From Anaeramoeba ignava BMAN (taxonomy: Eukaryota; Protista; Anaeramoebae), in assembly GCA_028826165.1 (NCBI GenBank), contig JAPDFW010000082.1, forward strand, positions 1-64,000: a stretch of DNA of 64,000 bases. Direction: 5' to 3'. The notes below the pieces were generated by a model. The model saw nothing but the letters and a program-made list of their open reading frames with translations. It had not been told where the DNA came from and made no database searches. Position numbers and translations under genes: made by a program. Shown here piece after piece: positions 24,529-38,397 of this stretch (position 1 is the first letter of the stretch; each line of letters starts with the position of its first letter).

Positions 24529-27500
24529 ATGGGATTTATTGAATTCATTTTAGAATATAAATTTTATATTTTAACTATTTTAACTCATGGTATTTGGCAA
24601 TTATTTGGAATTAGATTTTCTCAAGGTTTTAAAACAATTACAAAAAAAAAATAAAAAAAAATAATTTTTAATAAAAAAATGAAATTAATAAAAATAAAAA
24701 TTCAAAACAGAAACAAAAGGAATGAATCGAGCAATTCGAAAAGGATGGTTTTTTGGGAGAGGAAAAGTAAGGAAAAAATCAAAAATAAAATCAAAAATAA
24801 AATCAAAAATAAAATCAAAAATAAAATCAAAGATAAAATCAAAAATAAAATCAAAAATAAAATCAAAAATAAAATCAAAAATAAAATCAAAAATAAAATC
24901 AAAAATAAAATCAAAAATAAAATCAAAAATAAAATCAAAGATAAAATCAAAAATAAAATCAAAAATAAAAAAGCAAATTTTTTCCCTAAAAATAAAAAAA
25001 AAATTTTTCAATAAAAAAAAATAAAAGGATTTTTCTGATCCTCAATGGAATGTGTGGATGAAGAATTTCTTTCTACTTTTTTCTGCAATGATTTTGTTTC
25101 TGTTTCTGAGTTTTTTAGTCAGAAAATTGAGCAAAAATAACACTCGAATAAGATTGATATTTTATAATTCATTTTCTTTTATTTTCCTTTTTTATATTCA
25201 TTCTTCAACTGCTTTATTTGTTTATTCAATTGCTTTGATTAATTTCCTTATTATAAAACAATTTAGAAAACAAAAAAAAACTCTTGCTATTTTAGTTTGG
25301 ATTTTTAATTCTTCTATTTTGTTTTCTGCTGATTATTATTCTGGTTATTCTTGGAAAAGAATGCATTCTTCACTTGCTTGGCTTGTAAATTTAGATTCAA
25401 TATTTAATTTTAATATTAATTTTAATTTTAATATTAATTTTAATTTTAATATTAATATTAATTTTAATTTTAATATTAATTTTAATTTTAATTTTAATTT
25501 TAATTTTAATTTTAATTTTAATTTTAATCTTAATATTAATTTTAATTTTAATTTTAATTTTAATTTTAATTTTAATTTTAATTTTAATTTTAATTTTAAT
25601 TTTAATTTTAATTTTAATTTTAATTTTAATTTTAATATTAATATTAATATTAATTTTAATAATAATTATAATTTTAATTTTATTTTTAATTATAATATTA
25701 ATTTGAATTTTAATATTAATTTTAATATTAATTTTCTGGTTTTTAATATTAATTATAATATTAATATTAATTTTAATCTTAATTTTAATTTTTAATTTTA
25801 ATTTTAATTTTAATTTTAATTTTAATTTTAATTTTTAATATTAATTTTAATTTTAATTTTAATTTTAATTTTAATTTTAATTTTAATATTAATTTTAATT
25901 TTAATTTTAATATTAATTTTAATTTTAATTTTAATTTTAATTTTAATTTTAATTTTAATTTTAATTTTAATATTAATTATAATTCTAATTTTAATTTTAA
26001 TTTTAATTTTGATTTTAATTATAAATAGGATAATTATAGAGGAATGTTAAGATGGGATATTTATTGGAATATTTCAATGTTAAGATATATTAGTTTTGCA
26101 TTTGATTATCATTGGGCAGAAACTAAAAGAAAAGTGATAGATTTAACAGTAATTTTAATATTATTATTTTGTTATGAAAAGAAAAAAGAAAATTCTTTTG
26201 AAATAATAGTTATTTTAATAAATTTGAAATTTAAATTAGGATCGATCAAGTTATTTTAAAAGACAAGAAAGGCATTTACCAATAGAATGTTATACATTTG
26301 AAGGATTTATTGCATATATATTTTATGTTCCACTTTATATAGCAGGACCAATTACAACTTATAATGCATTTTATTCTCATGTAGATCATAATTAAATATT
26401 TACATTTTAATTTTAATTGAATTTGATTTTAATTTAATTTAATTTGATTTTAATAATATTTATTTTAATTTTAAATTTGATTTGATTTAAATATTTAATT
26501 TAATTTAATTTTAATTTTGATTTGATTTAAATTTTAATTTGATTTAATTTTAAATTTGATTTAATTTAAATTTTAATTTCAATTTAATTTGATTTGATTT
26601 GATTTGATTTGATTTGATTTAATTTGATTTAATTTAATTTTGATTTAATTTAATTTAATTTAATTTGATTTAATTTAAATTTTGATTTGATTTAATTTGA
26701 TTTAATTTGATTTAATTTTAATTTAATTTCAATTTAATTTGATTTTAATTTAATTTAATTTAATTTGATTTAATTTTAATTTGATTTTAAATTTAATTTT
26801 AATTTAATTTAAATTTGATTGTAGATTCAAAAACCACAAAAACAATTTTCATTAAAACAAATATTTTATTTGCTTGGTCAAGTACTTCTTTACACATTGG
26901 GATTAGAAATCATGCTACATTTCAATTATTCATATTCAATTAACGACTCAGGACTTTGGCGAAAAATGCCATCTTATCGATTACCAATGATTGGACACAA
27001 TGTATTAAATTTCATGTTTGTCAAGTTTGTTGTTTTTTGGAGATTTTTCAGAACAATTGCATTATTTGATGGAGTAGAAACCCCTGAAAATATGACTAGA
27101 TGCGCCTCAAATAATGCAACTTTTGCTGGATTTTGGAGATCTTGGCATGCTAGTTTTAATAAATGGACAATCAGATATCTTTATATTCCTTTAGGTGGCA
27201 AAAAAACAGAAATTTATTCAATTTGGATCATTTTCACTTTTATCGGTTTATGGCATGATTTGTTTATAAGATGGCTTGCTTGGGCTTGGTTTAATTGCTT
27301 CTTCTTTTCTTTCGAAATTGTTATTATGAAATTTTTTAGATCTCCAAAAGTATTTTAAAAAAACAAAAATTCAAAAAAAATTTTCCCGAAAAGAAAAAAA
27401 TTTTATTTTTTAAATTTATTTTTTAAATTTATTTTTAGACTGAAAAATTCCGAAATTCAAAATTTTATTATCCTTTATATATATCTGCTTTAATTCTTGA

Positions 27501-27853
27501 TTGTTTTTGTTTAATAATTTCAAATCTTGCAATTCTTCATGGATTTCAAGGAAGTTATGATTTTATTAAAAAAATGTTTTTTACTGAATCAAGTAAGAAA
27601 AATATAAATATAAAAATATAAATATAATTTCAAATTTTAATTTTAATTTATTTTTTTAGGTTGGAGATCTTGGTTAGGTGTTGTTTTCACTCTTTATGTT
27701 TCAGTTGAAGTAATGAAAGATATAAGAAAACCAAAATCAATTACAGATCCAGGAGAAAGATCAACAACTTATAAAATAGGAAGAAAACAAGAAAAAGTGG
27801 AAAAAGAAAAAGTTGAAAAAGATAAACCAAAAAAAGAATTAAAACAATTATAA
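24529..27853 (+). CDS. GUP1: GUP1/HHAT-like MBOAT acyltransferase, 8 exons
   Basis: Exons at about 24529-24625, 24711-24766, 25028-25384, 26029-26148, 26240-26380, 26825-27350, 27439-27592 and 27660-27853. Motifs GWFFGRGKDFSDPQW, NISMLRYISF, YIFYVPLYIAGPI, PENM, FWRSWHASFNKWTIRYLYIPLGG and FIGLWHD (catalytic His). Confidence 0.92.
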
Positions 27854-28048
27854 AAAAAAACAATATCAAAAAAATTCCAAAAAAATTTAATAAAAAAAAA
27901 AGCAAATAAATTTTTTTTAATTTTTTTTTAATTTGGTTTTAATTCCTTTTGAAAAAGAAAAAGAAAAAAGAAAAAAAGCAAATAAATTTTTCGTTTTTGT
28001 TTTTGATTCTTTTTGAGAGAAAAATTAATTAATTAATTAATTAATTAA

Positions 28049-29935
28049 TTAATTTTCTAAAACTTTGTCAACATAATCGGAAACTTTTTTAATAGTTTCA
28101 TCATCAAAATCTTTGATATTAAAACTAACACGACCAGTATTTGAATTTTTAGGAAGAAAAGGTCTAATAATATCAAGAAGACCAGGAAGAAATTCTCTTT
28201 TCAATTTATTGATTTTTTGTTTTAAAATTTTATCTTGTCTTGAAGATTTTTTATCTCTTTTACGAGATTTAGTTTTTTCATTTTTATTAGAATTTGAATT
28301 AGAATTTGATTGAGCCTCATTTTTAGGTTTTGGATAAATTGGATAATTCCAAGGATTTCCTGGAAAATTAAAGTTGGTATTAAAAGGTGTTGTATTCCAA
28401 GGAAAAAATAAATTTGAACTTGGAAATTTTGTTTTGATATTTGGATTTTGAGCTTCAAGTTTTTCATATAAATCAACAGGAGAAAGATTTTCAAGATGAT
28501 CAAGAATTTTGAATAATTTTTGAGAGATGATTTGAGCTTGAGTGATTGCAATTTTGATATTTTCATCTTTTATTATTTTAAATTAAATTAAATTAAATTA
28601 AATTAAATTATTTTAAATTAAATTATTTTAAATTGAATTATTTTAATATTTACTCTTTTCATCCTTTTCATCAAGTTTTTCAATTTCATCTTTTTCAATC
28701 TCAATTAAATCATCTTTTTCTAAATTTTCTTTATTATCCTGAGCTTCATTCAATTTTTGCTCTTCCAATTTTTGTTGTTGGATTCCTTTATAAATTTGTT
28801 TCAAAACAACTTTATATTGTTTGATTTTTTGGTTCAATTCTTTTTGAACCGCTTCAAATTTTGGTTTATAACGATTTTCAAGAGTAAAAGTGATTTGATG
28901 AGCATAAAGTTGAGGAGAATTAAACAATCTTGCGTTTTCAAGAATGAGCATAAAATCATGATAAAAATCAAGAATGGTTTTGTATTTATTATTTGATAAT
29001 TTAAGTCTCATTGTTTGAAGATCCATTGGATTTTTAATTTCGTCATAATAATTTGGAATATTATAAACAACTGGATCAACTGGAAATATAAAAAGTTGTG
29101 CATCTGGATCATATTCAATTTCTTGAAGTATTGAATCTGCTCTTGATTTCCAAAATCCGTCAAATTCTTCTGTGTTTTTCTGGATTTGTTGAAGAATTAA
29201 CGGATCATTTTTAATTTCGTTATTAAAATAATCATTTATTTTTGTTTGTTTTTTTTTGACATTTTTTGGTTCAATTTTCTTTTCTTCAATTTTCTTTTCT
29301 TGAATTTTCTTTTCTTGAATTTTCTTTTCTTGAATTTTATTTTCTTCAAATTTATTTTCTTCAATTTTATTTTCTTCAATTTTATTCTCTTCAATTTTAT
29401 TTTCTTCTAATTTATTTTCTTTTTTATTTCTTTTGCTTTTGCTTTTTTTCTTGCTTTTACTTCTACTTTTACTTCTACTTTTACTTCTACTTTTACTTTT
29501 TTTTTTACTTCTTGTTTTTTTATTTCTGCTTCTTTTTGTTTTTGTTTTTTTTATTTTTTGAGTAACTGGATCTTCTGTTTTTGTTTCTATTTCTGTTTCT
29601 GTTTCCGTTGGTTTTTTTTTGCGTTTGTTTGATTTTCTAGTTTGTTTTTGAGGTGGTTTTTTGTTTTCATTTTGAATTTGATTTTCGATTTCATTTTCAA
29701 TTTCATTTTCAATTTGATTTAAATTTTGAATTAAATTTTGATTTTGATTTTGATTTTGAATTAAATTTTGATTTTGATTTTGATTTTGATTTTGATTTTG
29801 ATTTTGATTTTGAATTAAATTTTGATTTTGATTTTGATTTTGATTTTGATTTTGATTTTGATTTTGATTTTGAATTTGATTTTGATTTTGATTTTGAATT
29901 AAATTTTGATTTAAATTTTGAATTAAATTGTCCAT
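28049..29935 (-). CDS. Single-bromodomain + extra-terminal (ET) domain protein (BET/GTE-like), 2 exons
   Basis: Bromodomain FPVDP..PNYYDEIKNPMDL..ENARLFN. Intron at about 28654-28567. Exon 2 ends with ET-like LKQKINKLKREFLPGLLDII..VSFNIKDFDDETIKKVSDYV. Confidence 0.9.
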
Positions 29936-30031
29936 TTTATTAATTTTTTAAAAAAAAAAATGAAAAAAATGAAAAAATTAAAAACAAAAAAAATTTTTTT
30001 TTCATTTTTTTCATTTTTCATTTTTTTAAAA
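29936..30031. promoter_or_regulatory. Compact bidirectional promoter with opposed TCATTTT initiator-like motifs
   Basis: 96 bp between divergent ATGs; (AAAATGA)x2 followed by (TCATTTT)x3. Confidence 0.6.
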
Positions 30032-31476
30032 ATGGAAAAATTAATTCAAAAACTCAATTCTCAAAAAGATTTTAATTACAAAAAGGTTTTACATTTTTTA
30101 CGAAAAGCAAGAAAAAGCAAACTTCGTTATTCAGAATTAATAATTAAATATGGATTTCCATTAATAAAAAATTATTCAAAAAAAATTGATAAAGAAGAAT
30201 ATTTTGAAGTTTTAGAGCAAGTTTACCTTGCTGGATTAGATTGTAATAAAGACGCATCAATATTTTGCATTCAGATATTAAAAGAAAAATTTTCCACAAG
30301 TTTAAGATTCAAAATTCTTTATGGAATGTTTCTTGAATCAAAAGGAAGTTTTGAAAAAGCAAAAAATTTATATGGAAAAATTTTGGAAAAAGATTCAACT
30401 AATGTTTTGCCTCAAAAAAGACTCGTTACTATTTTTAAAGCTCAAAATGATATTCCTAATGCAATTAAAAAACTTAATCAATATTTGGAGGTTTATATGT
30501 TGGATATAGAAGCTTGGGAAGAATTATGTGAACTTTATTTACAAACTGAAAGGTTTTTATTATTAATTTTAATTTTAATATTAATTATAATTTCATAAAT
30601 GAATTTTGATTTTAATATTAATTTTAATTTTAATTTTAATTTTAATTTTAATTTTAATTTTAATTTTAATTTTAATTTTAATTTTAATTTTAATTTTAAT
30701 TTTAATTTTTAATTTTAATTTTAATTTTAATTTTAATTTTAATTTTAATTTTAATTTTAATTTTAATTTTAATTTTAATTTTAATTTTAATTTTAATTTT
30801 AATTTTAATTATAATTTCATAAATGAATTTTGATTTTAATATTAATTTTAATTTTAATTTTAATTATAATTTTAATTTTAATTTTTAATTTTAATTTTAA
30901 TTTTAATTTTAATTTTGATTTTAATTTTAATTATAATATTAATTTTAATTTTAATTTCAATTTCAATTTCAAAATATTTTTTTAGTTATTCAAAAGCTAG
31001 ATTTTGTTTAGAAGAATTAATTTTGTTAAATCCAAATGAATCTAAATATTATGATAAATGTGCAAGAGTTTTATATACAATTGGTGGTTTTGATGGATTA
31101 ATTCTTGCAAGACAATATTTTTCTCATTCTATTAAAATTTCTAAAATTGTTAATCCAATTGATTCTTATTTAGGATTATTAATGGTTTAATTTAATTTTA
31201 ATTTTAATTTTAATTTAATTTTAACTTTAATTATTTTAACTTTAATTTTAACTTTAATTTTAATTTTAATTTTAATTTTAATTTTAGACAACAAACAAAA
31301 TAGAAAGTCTTAAAAAGAAAACTAATCAGAAATTTTTAGAATTAAATAACAATTTAAGTAAATTTGCAAAAGAAAAATTAATTGAAACTTATCAAAAACA
31401 ACAAGAAAATGAAACTCAAAAAGAAAATGAATCAATTAAAACAATTTTAGATTTAATTAAAGATGAAAAAAAATAA
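30032..31476 (+). CDS. EMC2: ER membrane protein complex subunit 2 (TPR), 3 exons
   Basis: EQVYLAGLD, GMFLESKG, LNQYLEVYMLDIEAWEELCELY and KARFCLEELILLNP match EMC2/TTC35. Exons at about 30032-30552, 30986-31184 and 31288-31476. Confidence 0.88.
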
Positions 31477-31554
31477 GGAAATCTTTCATAAAACAATTCA
31501 AAATTTTCTTTAAAAAAGTTTAAAAAAAGTTTTTTTTTCTTTTAAAATTAAATA

Positions 31555-34500
31555 AAAATCGGATAAAAAATTTTAAATTAAAATAATAAATAAAATTAAT
31601 ATAAATTATTAAAATAAGTTAATAAATAATTTAATTAATATATTTTAAAATTAATTTTATTTCTAAATATTTAATAATTAAATTAAGAAATCGGATAAAA
31701 ATTAAATAAAAATATTTTATTTTGATTTTTATTTTAAATTAAAATAATAATATAAATTAATATAAATAATTAAAATAAATTAATAATTAATTTAATTAAT
31801 ATATTTTAAAATTAATTTTATTTCTAATTATTTAATAATTAAATTAAAAATTAGATAAAAATTAAATAAAAATATTTTATTTTGATTTTTATTTTAAATT
31901 TAAAATATTTAATATAAATTAATTAATTTTAAATAATTTAAAATACATTTTAAAATTAATTTTATTTCTTAATATTTAATAATTAAATTAAAAATTAGAT
32001 AAAAATTAAATAAAAATATTTTATTTTGATTTTTATTTTAAATTCAAAATAATAATAAAAATTAATATAGATTATTAAAATAAGTTAATAAATAATTTAA
32101 TTAATATATTTTAAAATTAATTTTATTTCTTAATATTTAATAATTAAATTAAAAATTAGATAAAAATTAAATAAAAATATTTTATTTTGATTTTTATTTT
32201 AAATTAAAAATTATAATAAAAATTAATATAAATAATTAAAATAAGTTAATAATTAATTTAATTAATATATTTTAAAAATTAATTTTATTTCAATTAAATT
32301 AAGAAATCGGATAAAAATTAAATAAAAATATTTTATTTTTGATTTTTATTTTAAATTAAAATAATAAAAATTAATATAAATTATTAAAATAAATTAATAA
32401 TTAATTTAATTAATATATTTTAAAATTAATTTTATTTCTTTTTATTTAATAATTAAATTAAGAAATCGGATAAAAATTAAATAAAAATATTTTATTTTGA
32501 TTTTTATTTTAAATTAAAATAATAATATAAATTAATATAAATTAATAAAATAAGTTAATAAATAATTTAATTAATATATTTTAAAATTATTTTTATTTCT
32601 TAATATTTAATAATTAAATTAAAAATCGGATAAAAATTAAAATAAAAATATTTTATTTTGATTTTTATTTTAAATTAAAATTATAATTAAAATTAATATA
32701 AATAATTAAAATAAGTTAATAAATAATTTAATTAATATATTTTAAAATTAATTTTATTTCTTTCTATTTAATAATTAAATTAAGAAATTAGATAAAAATT
32801 AAATAAAAATATTTTATTTTGATTTTTATTTTAAATTAAAATAATAATATAAATTAATATAAATAATTAAAATAAATTAATAAATAATTTAATAAATATA
32901 TTTTTAAAAAATTTTTATTTTTTAATTTAATAATTAAATTAAGAAATCGGATAAAAATTAAATAAAAATACATTTTTATTTTGAATTAAAATAATAATTA
33001 AAATTAATATAAATTAATAAAATAAGTTAATAAATAATTTAATTAATATATTTTAAAATTATTTTTATTTCTAAATATTTAATAATTAAATTAAAAATTG
33101 GATAAAAATTAAATAAAAATATTTTATTTTGATTTTTATTTTAAATTAAAAAAATAATAATTAAAATTAATATAAATAATTAAAATAAATTAATAATTAA
33201 TTTAATTAATATATTTTAAAATTAATTTTATTTCTATTTATTTAATAATTAAATTAAGAAATCGGATAAAAATTAAATAAAAATATTTTATTTTGATTTT
33301 TATTTTAAATTAAAATTATAATAAAAATTAATATAAATTATTAAAATAAATTAATAAATAATTAAATTAATATATTTTAAAATTAATTTTATTTCTTAAT
33401 ATTTAATAATTAAATTAAGAAATTAGATAAAAATTAAATAAAAATATTTTATTTTGATTTTTATTTTAAATTAAAATAATAATTAAAATTAATATAAATA
33501 ATTAAAATAAATTAATAATTAATTTAATTAATATATATTTTAAAATTAATTTTTATTTCTTTCTATTTAATAATTAAATTAAGAAATTAGATAAAAATTA
33601 AATAAAAATTATTTTATTTTGATTTTTATTTTAAATTAAAATAATAATATAAATTAATATAAATTAATAAAATAAATTAATAAATAATTTAGTTAATATA
33701 TTTTAAAATTAATTTTATTTCTTTCTATTTAATAATTAAATTAAAAATCGGATAAAAATTAAATAAAAATATTTTATTTTTGATTTTTGTTTTAAATTAA
33801 AATAATAATATAAATTAATATAAATAATTAAAATAAATTAATAAATAATTTAATTAATATATTTTAAAATTAATTTTATTTCTTAATATTTAATAATTAA
33901 ATTAAGAAATTAGATAAAAATTAAATAAAAATATTTTATTTTGATTTTTATTTTAAATTAAAATAATAATATAAATTAATATAAATAAATAAAATAAGTT
34001 AATAAATAATTTAATTAATATATTTTTAAAATTAATTTTATTTCTAAATATTTAATAATTAAATTAAGAAATTAGATAAAATTGAATAAAAATATTTTAT
34101 TTTAATTTAAAATAATAATAAAAATTAATATAAATTATTAAAATAAGTTAATAAATAATTTAATTAATATATTTTAAAATTAATTTTATTTCTTAATATT
34201 TAATAATTAAATTAAGAAATTAGATAAAAATTAAATAAAAATATTTTATTTTGATTTTTATTTTAAATTAAAATAATAATATAAATTAATATAAATAAAT
34301 AAAATAAGTTAATAAATAATTTAGTTAATATATTTTAAAATTAATTTTATTTTAATATTTTAATAATTAAATTAAGAAATTAGATAAAAATTGAATAAAA
34401 ATATTTTATTTTGATTTTTATTTTAAATTAAAATAATAATAAAAATTAATATAAATTATTAAAATAAGTTAATAAATAATTTAATTAATATATTTTAAAA

Positions 34501-34715
34501 TTAATTTTTATTTCTATTTATTTAATAATTAAATTAAAAAATTAGATAAAAATTAAATAAAAATATTTTATTTTGATTTTTATTTTAAAATAAAATAATA
34601 ATAAAAATTAATATAAATTAATAAAATAAATTAATAAATAATTTAATTAATATATTTTAAAATTAATTTTATTTCTAAATATTTAATAATTAAATTAAGA
34701 AATCGGATAAAAATT
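31555..34715. repeat. AT-rich satellite, ~160-bp unit, ~20 copies
   Basis: Anchor (TCG/TTA)GATAAAA spaced 150-162 bp apart (e.g. 32468, 32628, 32790; 34222, 34382, 34544, 34704). Confidence 0.9.
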
Positions 34716-34772
34716 AGAAAAGTAAAGTTTTTATTTGAAAAAAAAAGAAAAAATTATTTAAAAATTAACTTT

Positions 34773-34782
34773 ATGACGTCAT
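34773..34782. promoter_or_regulatory. Perfect CRE/ATF palindrome ATGACGTCAT upstream of the bZIP gene
   Basis: 10-bp palindrome ~83 bp before ATG 34865, in sequence nearly devoid of G/C. Confidence 0.65.
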
Positions 34783-34864
34783 TTAAGTTATTTTTTTTTA
34801 TTTAAAATTTTTTTTTTAATTTTTTTTATTTTTCATTTTTTTTTATTTTTTTAGCTTTATTAAA

Positions 34865-35788
34865 ATGAATAAACCACCGGATAAAAACAATTTACAAACA
34901 GAAATAATAACAACAAAAAATCAACTTAATGAAAAGATTCAATATCAAATGACGAAATTAAAACTACAACATTTTCAATTAAGACAAGACGAAATCAAAT
35001 TAAATGAAAAAGCAGAAAAATCAAGAGTGATGGAAGAAAAATTAAAAGGTAAAATAAACTTTGGAGACTTAGAAAAACAATCCATCAAGTCACAAGAAAA
35101 CAAGACTTTCATGCAAAACAATATCATTGCAAGAGAACCTAATCATCTTCAAAACAAACAGATATTTTACTCAAATCCAAAAATCAATTATTTTCCTGTC
35201 AAAAATAATTTTCAATTAAATCACTTTCAAAAAGAAAATCAGTTCAATTTTAATAATGTTTCAGACACAGAAAACCCGTTTAAAAAAAAAATCATGGATG
35301 ATTCTTTTAATGATCTTATTCAAGCAAAAATCAATAAGGAAAATCAAAAAAATTTCAATGAAAAAAATCAAAATCCAAAAAATGATTATAAATTAAAAAT
35401 TGATGATCAAAGAAATAAAAAAAGAATCAAATCAATTGAATTAGAAGAAGAAGAAGAAAAAATGCAATCCAAAAATTATGAAAATTTTAATGATGAAAAT
35501 AATAAAAATAACGAAAATGATGAACATTTAGAAGAATTGACAAGAAAAGAAGTTAAAAATTTAACGAAAGAAGAAAAAAGAAAAAGAAGACTTTTGCAAA
35601 ATAGAATAAATGCAAAACGCTCAAGAAATCGCAAGAAAAAATTGGTTGAGGATTTGGAAAACGAAATCAATTCTCTTCGCGCAGAATCAAAAATGCTTCA
35701 ATTAAATCTTTCTAGATTGAAAACTAATAATGAAAGATTGAAACATCAATTATCTTTAGCTCAAAATGGATTCAAATTTGAATTTTGA
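34865..35788 (+). CDS. bZIP transcription factor
   Basis: Basic region KRKRRLLQNRINAKRSRNRKK followed by five heptad leucines. Confidence 0.93.
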   Translation: MNKPPDKNNLQTEIITTKNQLNEKIQYQMTKLKLQHFQLRQDEIKLNEKAEKSRVMEEKLKGKINFGDLEKQSIKSQENKTFMQNNIIAREPNHLQNKQIFYSNPKINYFPVKNNFQLNHFQKENQFNFNNVSDTENPFKKKIMDDSFNDLIQAKINKENQKNFNEKNQNPKNDYKLKIDDQRNKKRIKSIELEEEEEKMQSKNYENFNDENNKNNENDEHLEELTRKEVKNLTKEEKRKRRLLQNRINAKRSRNRKKKLVEDLENEINSLRAESKMLQLNLSRLKTNNERLKHQLSLAQNGFKFEF

Positions 35789-36000
35789 ATTTTTCTTTTT
35801 TTTTTAATTATTTTTCCAAAAAAATAACTTTTATTTTTTCTTCCTTTTATTTCATCTCTTTTTTTTTTTTGTTTTGATTTCGACTTGTTATGAAAATATT
35901 ATTTGTAATATTTTTATTGAACAAGTCTTTTTTTTTTTTTAATTCAAAATGAATAAAAAAAAATCGAAAAAAAAAAAAAGAATTTAAAAAGATTATTTTT

Positions 36001-36853
36001 TTATTGAATTTTTTTAATATAAAATTCATAAACTTGTGGCAACATTAATTTGGCTTGACCATATAAAGGAACTTTTATTGCTGATTTTGGAACTTTTTTA
36101 AGAATTTGTGAAAAAGTTTTTTTTTTAATTTCTTTAAAATCTATTTTTTTTCTCCTATAAATTTGTCTGATTAAAACTTCAAATGGTTTGGAAATAACTG
36201 AAGCTTCCAAAGCAGATAAAGATCCTAAAAAGATATCAACAGTGATTCTATGAGCGATTGATGAGTTTTGTGGAAGGAGTTTTGGTTTAAGATTGAAGTT
36301 ATGAAATTCTCGAAAAGATTGATAAGAACTTGTATAAAGAATATCAGTAAACAATTTATCAAGAAATTCTCTTAAAAAAATTGATCCGTTTTTAGGATGA
36401 AAAAACTGAGAAATTGTAGATGTATTTTCACTGTTTGGATTGGTTGTTTTGTTTGATTTTTTACGATATTTTTGAATATTTCTCTAATTCGAAAAAAAAG
36501 TGGAATAAAAAGTAAAAAATTTTTTTTTTTCTTTCAATTCAAATTAATTGGGTTTTTCTTTTTACAAATAAAATTGTAGTAAAGGTTTTTGTTGTAGAAA
36601 CTAAAACACCAGCAATTAATCCAAATTTCCAAGCATTAAATCGATTTGGTTTTATTTTTTTTCTGAGCCATTTTTTATAATGATCACTAATTGCTTGTTT
36701 ATAAGCTGAATTTATAAAAGAAGATGAAATGGAATCAAAATCAACTTCTACATCATTTATTTTGTTTGTAATTTGTTGAGCAAAACTGCCTGTTATTCCT
36801 CCTGAAAAAGCAATATAAAGAGTTGAAAAAATTTCATTTTGATTTTGATTCAT
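36001..36853 (-). CDS. Highly divergent mitochondrial-carrier-like (SLC25) protein, 2 exons
   Basis: Intron 36565-36484 (GT..AG) joins ..TILF|RNIQK.. in frame, giving ~256 aa. Three Gly-rich helices (SGGITGSFA, FGLIAGVLV, LGSLSALEA); one signature-like PFEVLIRQ. Confidence 0.55.
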
Positions 36854-36940
36854 TTTTATTATTTTGATTTTAAAAAAAAATAATTTAAAAAATTGTTTTT
36901 CATTTTCATTTTTTTTTTTTCATTTTTTTAAAATTTTAAA

Positions 36941-38297
36941 ATGTATCAACCAATTTCTACTTTTGGTTTAAAAAATGCTACAATAACAAAAATTATTATC
37001 ATTTCTCTTTTAATTACTTTTTTATCTTTTCAAATTTTCCAAATTGATCCGTTAAAATTTGAATTAACTCAATCAAAAATAAACAATTTTTCTTCTTTTT
37101 TTTCTTCATTATTTTTAAGTCAATTTATATTTGTAAAAATTCCAGAATTAGTTTTGGCATTAATTTTAATTTATTATTTTCGAGATGTAGAAAGAATGTT
37201 TGGAACAAGAAAATATATTTCAATGATTTATCTTTTATTTATTGAAATAATATTTTCTGAAATGATGATAATTTTTTGGAAAATTTTTTTTGGTTCATCA
37301 AAAACAAGAATAATTGGATCGTAATTTAAAAAAAGCAAAAATAATTATAATTTTAATTTTAATTTTAATTTTAATTTTAATTTTAATTTTAATTTTAATT
37401 TTAATTTTAATTTTAATTTTAATTTTAATTTTAATTTTAATTTTAATTTTAATTTTAATTTTAATTTTAATTTTAATTTTAATTTTAATTTTAATTTTAA
37501 TTTTAATTTTAATTTTAATTTTAATTTTAATTTTAATTTTAATTTTAATTTTAATTTTAATTTTAATTTTAATTTTTTTAATTTAATTTTAAAATTAATT
37601 TTAATTTTAATTTTAATTTTAATTTTAAATTTTTAATTTTAATATTAAATTTAATTTTAATTTTGATTTTAATTTTAATTTTAATTTTGATTTTAATTTT
37701 AATTTTAATTTTAATTTTAATTTTGATTTTAATTTTGATTTTAATTTTAATTTTAATTTTTTTAGTTTCCCAATGATTTATTCTTTATTGATTTTATATT
37801 TCTTTCAAGTTCCTTCTTCAACAGAATTTTTTAGAATCAATAAAATATCAATTACTGATAAATGGATTCCTTTTTTAGTTTCAATTGAACTTGCTATATT
37901 TTCTTTAAAATATAATTACTTTTCAATTATTATTGGTTTAATTTGTGGATTTTCTTATCAATTCAATTTATTTTCAATGCAAAACTTTCAATTTTCATCT
38001 TCAATTTCTTTTTCATTAATTCAATTACTTTTTCCTTTTATTTCATCAAGTGAAAATCAAAATCAAAATCAAAATCAAAATCAAAATCAAAATCAAAATT
38101 CAAAAATCAATTTAAATCCAAATCAAAATTCAAATCAAAATCAAAATCAAAATCAAAATTGGAATCAAAATCAAATTTGGAATCAAAATGAAAATACTTT
38201 AAATAATCCAAGAAATCCAAATTTTCCACATTTTCGTCAAAGAATTCAAAATCAAACTTTAAGTCAGAAAAAAAAAATAATTGGAAAAGCAAATTAA
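36941..38297 (+). CDS. UBAC2/Dsc2-like rhomboid pseudoprotease, 2 exons
   Basis: Multi-pass transmembrane protein; LIYYFRDVERMFGTRKY and ITDKW resemble UBAC2/Dsc2. Intron 37321-37765 is filled with (TTTTAA)n. Confidence 0.75.
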
Positions 38298-38397
38298 ATT
38301 TTTTTTAAAAAAAACAAAAAAAAATTTTAAAAAATGAAATCATTTTTTTCTTTTTCTTTTTAATTTATTTCATTTTAATTTATATTTTTTTTTATAA

